A DNA stretch of 64,000 bases from Candidatus Atabeyarchaeum deiterrae (GTDB lineage Archaea > Asgardarchaeota > Atabeyarchaeia > Atabeyarchaeales > Atabeyarchaeaceae), in assembly GCA_037310415.1 (NCBI GenBank), contig CP147780.1:2656001-2720000 (forward strand), in the 5' to 3' direction. Every line of letters starts with the position of its first letter. Position 1 is the first letter of the stretch. Both the position numbers and the translations under genes were made by a program. The notes under the pieces were generated by a model. That model ran no database searches. It was not told the DNA's origin and saw only the letters and a list, made by a program, of their open reading frames with translations. Of the stretch, positions 1-8,838 are shown one piece after another.

Positions 1-758
1 TGAGCCTTCAATAAAACCACATCACTAATCTACAAGAGTTCCTGCGCGGAGCGTTGAAATGGTGTGGAACGTTGAAGGTGATGCAGGCCATAATCACTGG
101 AATACGTAAGCAACATAGAGCTGCTGTAGACGCGTCTACTCTTAGCGAGAAGAATGGCTCGACACCTTTGGGGAAAACAATGGATCAAACACCCAGATAC
201 AACTACAATTCTTCCCAAATCAAACGACAATACTCAAAGCACTTGACTATCAGCGAATCCTCGACAACCACAAATCCTCCTTCCCCTTTTTTTCTCCTTC
301 TTCTCTCTATTCATTTTGCTCTCCCCCACCCACCAACATCCTAACGACCGACAAATCGCCGTGAACCTCATGCCGCGTTTCGAATGGAAGTGATTCGCAT
401 TTTCGCTTAGTATGTGGTGAACGGGCGCGGAGAGAGCAAGTAAGCCGGCAGGCTGAAAAATCGAAAAAGAAGAGAGAAGGAGACACTTACTTTCACCTTT
501 GCGTCAGCCGGAAGGCTGACCACGCAAGCGAAGATCGACCGACAGATTGGGGAATCGCGCGCCAGTCAAGTGCATGAATAACTTGATGATCAGAGTCCGC
601 TTTCAAACCAAAGGAACAGGGAACATTGAAGACACTACAAGCTAAGACGATGAGTATCATTGAAACGCTGAAATCGAGTAGCAGAAAAGTGATGAGGTGA
701 TAATGAAGTGAGTAAGTTACGCTCTCCTTTGACAATCTCTCTTCCCTACACAAGTAGG

Positions 759-978
759 AGTCACAGGTCAGGGCCTCAAGCCTCCTGCTAGGTCTAGCAT
801 AACAAACAGGTGGCTGTGGGCGGGGCTCACTCCGTTATCACCCTCAAGAGCAAGAAGTCACCGGCGCACAGTGCAACCATTGAGGATTGGTTTCCTTCCA
901 CTAAAAGAGGAGAGAACACCCTCCACTCACCCCTGCAAATATGCTAGGATGTCCTGCAGTCTGGCCCTGATGCTGAAC
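759..978 (-). ncRNA. Candidate structured non-coding RNA / long imperfect inverted repeat, unknown family
   Basis: Nested complementary arms: TCAGGGCC 768-775 with GGCCCTGA 963-970; CTAGCATA 794-801 with TATGCTAG 940-947; further inner stems. Most wobbles are G-U on the minus strand. No credible ORF. Confidence 0.4.
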
Positions 979-986
979 TAGTCTTT

Positions 987-2372
987 GTGTGGCGGAAGAG
1001 AGGTCAAAGAGTAGGAAGGAAAGTAGAGATCCTGAATCCAGCGCAACTATGGAAAGAACTCAAAAGAATACCATTGAGACAAATTGCTGGGAAACACGGT
1101 GTAACACGTAGAACAATATCCTTCAAATTGCGGAGAATCAGCGAAAAGAAGTACGAAAAGATCATAGCCAAACGAAGAACACGCAGCACACAGCAACAAA
1201 CATTGATTTCAGAGTCAACATGGATCAAACTAGAAGACGGACACACCATACGACAGATCGCCAAAGAACAAGGCTTACATCCTTCAATTCTCCACGAAAG
1301 AATGCAACCAAGCAGAAGATACGACGAGATCAGAACCAAACTAAAAGAAACCAAGATACATGTGATGCAAGAAGCAGCAAAGCGATTCAAACAAGGAGAA
1401 ACACTGGCAGAACTCTCAAAGGAAATCAAAGTGGGACAGGGCACTCTTAGAGAAGAAATCCGCAGGACAATAGGACAAAAGAAGTACCAGAGAATCATCG
1501 AAGAAAGAAGGCGAAACCCGAAAAACAAGATCCCAACCAAAATCATAGAAGTAGCAGCAAAACGACTCAAAAGTGGAACGAAGATCATAGAACTTACCAG
1601 GGAACTCAGGATACATCGAAAGACTCTAAGAAGAAGACTGCGCGAAAGACTCGGAGGCAAATACAACAGAATTATGCAGAAGCGAAGGATTCCAGACAAG
1701 CTGTTTCACAAATCATCGCAGAAGTTCATGGAAGGCTATTCATTAAGCTTGCTTTCGAAAGAGTACGAAATACCACTACAAACACTGCACCGAAGACTAC
1801 CGAGGATAATAGGCAAAAAGAAGTACAAAGACATCATTAGAAAAAGACAGCTGCACATATTCTTTGGAACATTGACAAAAGGAGCAATCAGCAAATACGA
1901 GCTCAAAGTCAAAGAACTGCTAAACAAGAACAAAGTTCGATTTAGCACAACAACCATCATTGAGACGAATGGGCACAGATACTTTCCCGACTTCGTGATT
2001 TGCCGCAGTAAAACACCTTTAGTAATCGAAGCCACAGGAATGAACATTGAAGAATACTGGAAGAAGTACAAACGAAAACTAGAGGACTACGAAGCAGCAG
2101 GATACAAATCGCTATTTGTTGCATCAGATACATCAGTGTACAAGATGGCGTTGAAATACGTCCACGAAGATGTTCTTGTCAAATTCAACGAATTCAAAGA
2201 CAAAGTCGCATCCCTAAAAAAGGTGCCGAACAAACGGGATTGCTCGCGCCCAATGGCAAATAGGACGCCGAAAAACACTGCCGACATCCCACTTGTAATC
2301 TCTCAGATAGTCTGCTTCAAAGAGATAGGTAACCAGCTGATACTTCTCCCGGCGGAATGTCAATTAGCTTAA
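987..2372 (+). CDS. Tandem HTH-repeat protein with C-terminal PD-(D/E)xK (Vsr/DUF559-like) nuclease domain
   Basis: Five ~60-aa basic HTH-like repeats (e.g. TLAELSKEIKVGQGTLREEIRRTIGQKKYQRII), then SKYE...YFPDFVI...LVIEATG...YWKKYKRKLEDY. Start uncertain. Confidence 0.7.
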   Translation: MWRKRGQRVGRKVEILNPAQLWKELKRIPLRQIAGKHGVTRRTISFKLRRISEKKYEKIIAKRRTRSTQQQTLISESTWIKLEDGHTIRQIAKEQGLHPSILHERMQPSRRYDEIRTKLKETKIHVMQEAAKRFKQGETLAELSKEIKVGQGTLREEIRRTIGQKKYQRIIEERRRNPKNKIPTKIIEVAAKRLKSGTKIIELTRELRIHRKTLRRRLRERLGGKYNRIMQKRRIPDKLFHKSSQKFMEGYSLSLLSKEYEIPLQTLHRRLPRIIGKKKYKDIIRKRQLHIFFGTLTKGAISKYELKVKELLNKNKVRFSTTTIIETNGHRYFPDFVICRSKTPLVIEATGMNIEEYWKKYKRKLEDYEAAGYKSLFVASDTSVYKMALKYVHEDVLVKFNEFKDKVASLKKVPNKRDCSRPMANRTPKNTADIPLVISQIVCFKEIGNQLILLPAECQLA

Positions 2373-2790
2373 AGTCGACCCGGTCATTATCTTCAATTAC
2401 TTCATATATCCGTGTATATGTTGCTTGTTCCGCCTTTGCTTGAATGAGCAATACTTTTCTCTTGTCAGACGATTTCTTGACATCTCCGTAAACATAATTG
2501 TTAAGAAAATCCACCCTACCTCTTGGAGTCATCTTGCTCAGGTCTGACATCCATGCCGTCAGCGCTATTGCAACCCAATCCACAGCGCTTTTACTCAATT
2601 TAAGCAGAACTTGTTTGACTGTTCTTCTGCCATAGCAGAGCGCGGCAGTCTTGTGGCCACCAACAGAATAGAAGACCGTTGGAGGTAGCTCTCTGTCTCT
2701 TTCGACATCGCGCTTCGATAGCTCTGACAGCTCTTCTACAACAGCGGCAAGAGCGTATTTCTCTCCTTTCAATCCCAAGATCTGAATCAC
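2317..2790 (-). CDS. Hypothetical protein
   Basis: 157-aa ORF with GAGGTGA RBS-like sequence at its 5' end; probable TTG start a few codons in. Confidence 0.55.
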   Translation of the reverse strand: MIQILGLKGEKYALAAVVEELSELSKRDVERDRELPPTVFYSVGGHKTAALCYGRRTVKQVLLKLSKSAVDWVAIALTAWMSDLSKMTPRGRVDFLNNYVYGDVKKSSDKRKVLLIQAKAEQATYTRIYEVIEDNDRVDFKLIDIPPGEVSAGYLSL

Positions 2791-3187
2791 CTCGCGATTC
2801 CCGGCCCCAAGACTGTCCTTCTCCTATACGGAATGAGGGAATGAAAGATCCTTGAGATATTGTCATAATCGGCTTACTTAAAAGCCACTATCGATCAAGA
2901 AGCTCGGCAGGAAGACTGGAGTAACAACGCCCCCCTTTGTTTCCTTATTCTTGTTGCGTTTTGATGGCCACGTTTCGCAGTGTGTTGAGAACAAGCTAGT
3001 CGTTTCACTGGAAAATGATGAAAGGAGAAATAGAAGATTTAAGAAGCATCTCATGCTATTACTTTCTTTGAGGAGTAGCTTTTTCTGGGAAATCCCTCAA
3101 AGATTTTCGTAAGAACCAACCAATAAACGTGGATATGAAAAACGAGGGAGTACTTGGCAAGCTATCAGCATAGATGGGTGTGAGGAC

Positions 3188-4213
3188 ATGAATTTAGAAC
3201 GGGTTGTAGTTAAACCCTATGAACAGTCTCTGTTCTCTGCTTTGAGTTTTGAGATAGAAATAAGTGTTACAAGGTATGAGGAGACGATCTTGTGTGTAAA
3301 CGGATGGATAGAGACAGATGACAGAAAGATGATTGGCATTGGCAGCCTGTGTCGCCAAGATATCTCAAAGCATGGTGAACTTGGGGCTAAGGAGCTTCCA
3401 GAATCAAGTCGCCCCTCTGCGAAAGACACTTGGAATGCTAGTCTAATAGTGTTCTTGGATAGCATATCCTTGGATCACATAGAGACGCGGAGGAAGCAAG
3501 ACAAGAAGGGAGATGTAAGGTTAGTTCTGAACTTGGAAGTTATTAGTGCTGAAAGTCGAACTTTTGTTTCTCCAGTCTACGGAATTCCTGCCGAGAAGAT
3601 CGGCTTAACTGTGAGAGAGATTCATGGGCAATACGGGCAACCTACATTGTACTCTCCAGTTATACATATTTCTTCAGGCGTGGTCCCTCTATATCACAGC
3701 GATCTCAAGCTACTCTCTCCAGACCCTCATTCCTCTGTTTTCTTATCACTGAGGACAAATACCTTTAGCCACGAAACAAGGATTCCGTCGACAGACTGGA
3801 TCCAAGATTACTCTCCTAGACTCGGACTTGGCGAGTTCTTCGTTTTCCAGATGGGAAGAGGTGAGAAAGCAATCAAGGATGCATGGAACTACATTGAAAA
3901 AGCTCAAGAGTCCCTGTCATTGGGGATCACCAAAGGGGTTTATGGGAATTGTCGGGATATGGGATTCCTGCTTGACAGAACCCTAAGAGATAAAATTGGG
4001 CAAAACAGCTTTGCATACCAAGAGAAATGGGGTCGTACTTACAACAATTTCAAACACTTGGCATCACTTGATCTGCACTTGGAAGAGCATAGAAAATCAG
4101 AGAAATATGGCTCTAATAATGTAGTGGTCACGAGTGCGGATGCAGAACATGTGTTGCTGATAGCTAAGATGATGGTGAAAAATGCAGACGAATTGCTGCG
4201 AGAAAGTAAATGA
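3188..4213 (+). CDS. Hypothetical protein, beta-rich N-terminus and HEPN-like helical C-terminus
   Basis: 341-aa ORF with RBS. C-terminal AWNYIEKAQESL...NCR...LDLH...DAEHVLLIAK resembles the HEPN helical pattern. Confidence 0.6.
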   Translation: MNLERVVVKPYEQSLFSALSFEIEISVTRYEETILCVNGWIETDDRKMIGIGSLCRQDISKHGELGAKELPESSRPSAKDTWNASLIVFLDSISLDHIETRRKQDKKGDVRLVLNLEVISAESRTFVSPVYGIPAEKIGLTVREIHGQYGQPTLYSPVIHISSGVVPLYHSDLKLLSPDPHSSVFLSLRTNTFSHETRIPSTDWIQDYSPRLGLGEFFVFQMGRGEKAIKDAWNYIEKAQESLSLGITKGVYGNCRDMGFLLDRTLRDKIGQNSFAYQEKWGRTYNNFKHLASLDLHLEEHRKSEKYGSNNVVVTSADAEHVLLIAKMMVKNADELLRESK

Positions 4214-4317
4214 TGAGAGTGAAGAGTATTAGGTGAAAGAACCCGAGAAACGCAAGAGAAGACAGTTAGTGAAATACTTAAACTTCTGTAAGGCAGTTTC
4301 CGAACGACTGAAGAGTC

Positions 4318-7023
4318 ATGCGAGAATTGCTGGAGGGCGGTTCCATGAGCTATCCAAAACATGAAGCAAAAAAGATAGTCAAAGAACTCGTGGATTTCTA
4401 TGATTCGAACAAAGACAAGCTGAAAGGAATTAGCGAGACAGACACAAGAGTGAAGTTCATAGATCGGCTTTTCGAATCGTTGGGATGGGATGTCTGGGGG
4501 AGGAGAATTCCCGACGAGGTGCAAAGAGAGGAAGGGGTCAAAGGCAGAGAGCCCACTAAGAAAAAAGCGGATTATAGTTTTCGTATTGCTGGCGTAACCC
4601 ACCTTATTGTCGAAGCCAAAGCACTAGGAGAAGACTTGGAAAGAAAAGATTTCATTAAACAAGCCATATCATATGCCTACAACAAGGCGTGTTCTTGGGC
4701 CGTTTTGACGGATTTCAGAATCATTAAGATCTTCTATGTGGATAGGGAAAGTGACTTTCCATTCTACATGATCAGGCTAGATGATGTCAAGGGATTTGAT
4801 GAGAACTTTGAAATACTTTGGTTTCTTTCAAAGGAGAGTTTCTTGAACAACTCACTCGAAAGTGAAGCAATTAAGCGCGGGATAAGGAAGGAAAAGATAT
4901 CGATCGACAAGGCGTTGTTTGAGGACCTTAGAAAATGGAGAGAATTGCTTTCTAAAGACATCAGAAGAAGATATGCTGACAAATATGCCCCACTTGTTAT
5001 TGACGAGATAGTCCAGAGTATTATAGACAGACTGATTTTCATCAGGAAAGCCGAGGATTCGGAACTAGAAGAGAAGAAACTAGATCAGTTGACTCGAAGA
5101 TTCAACGACAATACTTTTCTAGATCTTATGAAAGTATTCGCTGAATACAAAGAGAAATACAATAGTAGACTATTCGGAGAGAGCAGGACCGAAGAAGAAG
5201 TAGTGGCGGGTAAAACGGAGAAAGCCGAAGTTGACAAAATAGTGATTAGCAACAATGTCATTTCACAAGTTGTTCGCAGCATGTACACATCCGAGGGAAG
5301 CGACATAGAGTACAATTTTGCGGTCATAGATGCGGACATTCTCGGGAACATATATGAGCAGTATCTCGCCTTCATCTTGGGGCAAACACCAACCAAGACG
5401 AAGCTAGAGGGGGGAATTGCACATAGAAAAGAGCAAGGGATATACTATACGCCGACCTATATTGTTGATTACATTGTTAGAAATACTGTCGGTGAAATCC
5501 TGAAGAGCAAGAAACTCGAAGACTTGGAGAAAGTAAGGATCTTGGATCCTGCATGTGGTTCCGGCTCGTTCTTGATAAAGGTCTTTGATGTTATCAATGA
5601 GTACTACACGAATGGAAAGAGCGAGTTACCTTATGCTAGAAGAAAGGAGATCCTAGAGCGACATATTTTTGGTGTTGATCTAGATCCAAAAGCCGTAGAA
5701 ATTGCTCAACTCAATCTTTCGTTGAAAATTGCAGAAAAAGGGCACAGATTGCCGTTACTGCAGAAGAACATTAAGTGTGGCAACAGCATAATCAGTGACA
5801 AATCGATAGGCGGTGACAGCGCTTTCGTCTGGGATACCGAATTCCCTGACATAAGGAAAGATGGTTGGTTTGATGTGATAATTGGAAATCCTCCATACTT
5901 CAAGATCTTTGAGAACGATCCTTTGAACAAGACGGTCGATTATCAGGAAATAAAATCTGGAATGATGAATGCTTCGGCTCTCTTCATAAATAGGTCCCTT
6001 AGACTACTCAAGAAGGGCGGCTACTTGGGGATGATTGTCCCGAAGATGCTGGCATTTACGGACTCTTGGGACAAGATAAGGGACAAACTTCTACGGAACT
6101 TTAGGATCCTGAAGGTTGTTGACTGTGGAAAAGCGTTCAGAGGAGTTCTGCTCGAACAGATTATCTTCATACTCAAGAACGAGTCTGAGGATTTGGATAG
6201 AAACCTGATAACCGTAGGCGAACTCAATAATCAAGTGATAGCCGAGACAGCCAAAGTTCCGCAGAAACTCTGCCTAGAAGAGAATAGCATACATCTAGAG
6301 CCCAAGCAGATTGCCTATGAAATTAAAAGGAAGATAGAGAGATCAAAGACCACTCTGGGAGATGTATCGCATATAATGCTTGGATTGGGAATTCAAGGAA
6401 AGGATTTCTTTACCGACGAATACATGAGTGGATATGAAAAGGTTCTGAGAGGAGATGACATTCAGAGATATGTCATAAGAGGATGTAGGTTCTACAATCC
6501 AAACGATAAAAACATCGTCAAGATAAAAGATACAATTGAGAGGTTCAAGACGTCTCACATAGTAGCGCAAAGAATAGTAGCACACATACAAGATCATATC
6601 AAATTGACTTGTGCACTCGATGAAGAGGGCCTTTTTTCCTTCAATACTGTCACCAATATTTTCGTCATGGACAAGAAGTATCCGATGGAGTACATTCTGG
6701 CTCTACTGAATTCAAATGCAGTCCAGTACTATACTTACAAGTTCATTTACAACAATGCTATCAGGTCCATGGATTTCTATAAGGCGTATGCAAAGAAGAT
6801 CCCTCTGCCTAAATATGACAAAAACCGGCAGGATGGTATTGCGAAACTTGCAAGGGGACTGATAACTATGCACAAAAAACTCTTTGATTTGGGTGGTCAG
6901 CAGACTAACGAAACACAGAGGTTGAAAGATGAGATAGAGAGAACACAAAAGGAGATTGACAACGGAATCTACGCATTGTACGGTCTCGATCAAGATGAGA
7001 TGAAGATAATCGAGAAGCGTTAG
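4318..7023 (+). CDS. Type IIG restriction-modification enzyme (fused endonuclease, N6-adenine methyltransferase, specificity domain)
   Basis: N-terminal ADY...IVEAK nuclease motif, GIYYTP, motif I ILDPACGSGSF, motif IV IGNPPY, C-terminal TaqI_C-like region (YILALLNS) and IDNGIYALYGL tail. Likely start ATG 4345. Confidence 0.92.
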   Translation: MRELLEGGSMSYPKHEAKKIVKELVDFYDSNKDKLKGISETDTRVKFIDRLFESLGWDVWGRRIPDEVQREEGVKGREPTKKKADYSFRIAGVTHLIVEAKALGEDLERKDFIKQAISYAYNKACSWAVLTDFRIIKIFYVDRESDFPFYMIRLDDVKGFDENFEILWFLSKESFLNNSLESEAIKRGIRKEKISIDKALFEDLRKWRELLSKDIRRRYADKYAPLVIDEIVQSIIDRLIFIRKAEDSELEEKKLDQLTRRFNDNTFLDLMKVFAEYKEKYNSRLFGESRTEEEVVAGKTEKAEVDKIVISNNVISQVVRSMYTSEGSDIEYNFAVIDADILGNIYEQYLAFILGQTPTKTKLEGGIAHRKEQGIYYTPTYIVDYIVRNTVGEILKSKKLEDLEKVRILDPACGSGSFLIKVFDVINEYYTNGKSELPYARRKEILERHIFGVDLDPKAVEIAQLNLSLKIAEKGHRLPLLQKNIKCGNSIISDKSIGGDSAFVWDTEFPDIRKDGWFDVIIGNPPYFKIFENDPLNKTVDYQEIKSGMMNASALFINRSLRLLKKGGYLGMIVPKMLAFTDSWDKIRDKLLRNFRILKVVDCGKAFRGVLLEQIIFILKNESEDLDRNLITVGELNNQVIAETAKVPQKLCLEENSIHLEPKQIAYEIKRKIERSKTTLGDVSHIMLGLGIQGKDFFTDEYMSGYEKVLRGDDIQRYVIRGCRFYNPNDKNIVKIKDTIERFKTSHIVAQRIVAHIQDHIKLTCALDEEGLFSFNTVTNIFVMDKKYPMEYILALLNSNAVQYYTYKFIYNNAIRSMDFYKAYAKKIPLPKYDKNRQDGIAKLARGLITMHKKLFDLGGQQTNETQRLKDEIERTQKEIDNGIYALYGLDQDEMKIIEKR

Positions 7024-7272
7024 TGCAAGCGAGTGCTTCCAGGGAATGTTCGGGAGAAATTGGCAAAGTCCGCCAAGGACAAGGTGGGCAGGACAGAGAT
7101 AGGCAAAGAAAGCTCGTGAAGGAACTTGAAGCCGAGTGTGAGCAAGTACTTAAAGAGACCGAACTCGGGAGGCGCTAGATAGGCAGGGCTAGGGCTTGCA
7201 GGGTTTTAGGGTTTTTAGAGTAGATTGATAAACAATCGAGAATATAGCAACCTCACATTCCCATAGGACTCC

Positions 7273-7305
7273 AAAAAAAAGAAAGAGGGAAATTTACTGA
7301 TTTCC
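7273..7305 (-). terminator. Hairpin plus oligo-T terminator of the RuBisCO-like gene
   Basis: Minus strand GGAAAT-CAGTAA-ATTTCC then CTCTTTCTTTTTTTT, just after the exon 2 stop at 7317. Confidence 0.65.
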
Positions 7306-7316
7306 GTCTAGCTTCC

Positions 7317-8664
7317 CTACATCTGGAAACCTGTCTTACCAGTACCCCACTTGGTCAAAGCAGTCTTAAGCTCCTCATGCTCCTCAGCATACTCACTAAC
7401 CTTAGTGCCCTGCATCACAGCATCAATGGCCTGCCTGAATGCTCTTGCACCTGCAGCTGGACCATTCGGGTGAGCGTGGATTGCGGGCTCATCAATTATA
7501 GATGGGCTTTCCGCCGCCTGACCCGATCATGATGTCAAAGCCAAGATCATTGCACACCTTGTCAACATGACCCGCAGTAATCCCACCACTAGGCATAGGC
7601 ATCGTAGGCTTAATATGCTGCAACGGAAACTGCATACGCTTCGCAATCATCAAAAACTTATCAACAAGTATAGGGGCTTTTCCGTACGGGGCCGGGTCGA
7701 GTAGTATGTCTGCGCCACATATGCGTGGTAGTTTGCTCATTATGAGTGTGGGTGATACTCCTGTTATGGGGCTGTAGCTCCATGCGCCTGCAATATCCAT
7801 GTGACCCATTATCGGCAAGGTGTTTGGTTCTTCTGCTACCATTCTTAGGGCGTCGAATCCTATTGCGAGGTAGTTGATGAGTAGTGCGTTTCCGCCTGCT
7901 TGTTTGACTGTGTCGGCGTTTTCTAGGAGTTTGTCGACTTTGTCGGTTATGTTGCAGCAGTATAGGGTTTTTTCGCCTTTTTCTTTGTTTGCTTTTTCTG
8001 CCATTTCCATGTAGAGTGGGACTCTGTCTGCGATTTTGTTGTATTCTGGTTCGGCGATGATTTCGTCGTCTTTGATGCAGTCTGTTCCGCCTACTGCGGC
8101 TCCGTAGAATAGGTCTTTGCCGACTTGTGGTGTGTATCCTGTTTTGGGTTTTATCATGTTGTTGAGTAGGGGTCTTTTGGGTATTTTCATGAGGGTTCTT
8201 ATTCCTTTGAGTCCGAGTTTTGGTCCTTTGAATCCTTTGAGCCAGCTTTTGGGGAACCATAGGTCCATGAGTTTGATTCTTCCGCCCATGCTGATGTTGC
8301 CGACTACGGTTGAGAGTAGCATGGGGATTTGGGCTCCGAAGTTTTCCCATGGGAAGCCTACGGCTATGATCATGTTGCGGTGGTCTACTTCTTTTGGTAC
8401 GGTGTAGACGTATTCGGGTGTTTCCCATATGCCGAGTACTTTTGCCTGGCGTTTGATTTTGAGTTCGATTGTTTCGCCTGGGACTGGTGTCCAGGTTCCT
8501 GTTGATTGTTCGAGGGCTGCCATTTCTGCTACGTCGATGACTGGTAGTGCGGGGTTGAGGCCTGCGAAGTAGAATCCGATGACGTATTTGTCTGTGTCGA
8601 GGCCGTCGAAGAATCCTTCTGGTTGGGCTTCGATGGGCATTTCGATGGGTTTTTCTTCTCCCAT
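7317..8664 (-). CDS. RuBisCO-like protein (form IV RLP), split: exon 1 8664-7509, exon 2 7480-7317; 439 aa if spliced
   Basis: EQSTGTW, IKPKTG, CIKDDE, MPSGG motifs; HMD replaces the HR of true RuBisCO. A second frame continues IHAHPNGPAAGARAFRQAID...EELKTALTKWG, the normal C-terminus. Confidence 0.92.
7481..7508 (-). other. Putative 28-nt bulge-helix-bulge mRNA intron
   Basis: mRNA GCGG-AA^A-GCCCAUC-UAUAAUU-GAUGAGC-CCGC-AA^U: 4-bp helix GCGG/CCGC with two 3-nt bulges. Excision gives GGC GGC GGA AUC CAC GCU CAC CCG (GGGIHAHP). Confidence 0.8.
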
Positions 8665-8674
8665 GTTTTGGGTT

Positions 8675-8744
8675 GACCTCCTTGCTTGTTTTTAATGTTG
8701 TTAGAATTCGTTGTGGGTTTTAGAGTCTGGTGCGGTGATATAAA
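8675..8744 (-). promoter_or_regulatory. TATA box and RBS of the RuBisCO-like gene
   Basis: Minus strand TTTATAT at 8744-8738 and GGAGGTC at 8681-8675, upstream of ATG 8664. Confidence 0.55.
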
Positions 8745-8838
8745 CGTGATGGAGAGACTGTGGTGGTGAAAAGGTGTGTGGTCTGTGGACGAGGTCTGGT
8801 GCCAAGAGAAAAGAAGGTGAGGGGAAGTCTGTGCCCGT

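Noticed and set aside
1-753. Short ORFs 30-230, 54-344 and 493-753
   Set aside because: No recognisable motifs or RBS; low-complexity translations
759-978. RNase P, SRP or 5S RNA, or a BHB-flanked processing stem
   Set aside because: Only loose resemblance to RNase P conserved regions and no P4 pairing; no SRP helix 8 motif; the candidate BHB has a mismatched central helix
7492-7494. Selenocysteine or readthrough at the RLP UGA
   Set aside because: Two consecutive UGAs, and the continuation is in a different frame
7488-7495. Box C-like UGAUGA inside the intron, suggesting a C/D sRNA
   Set aside because: No box D (CUGA) in the 28-nt intron, and too short for a guide
7661-8428. 255-aa overlapping Arg/Gln-rich ORF and the many antisense ORFs in the track
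   Set aside because: Shadow frames of well-supported genes, explained by codon bias
7492-8664. RLP as a simple truncated pseudogene, or as a true carboxylating RuBisCO
   Set aside because: The intact downstream exon and exact BHB geometry argue against decay; the HR motif of forms I-III is replaced by HMD
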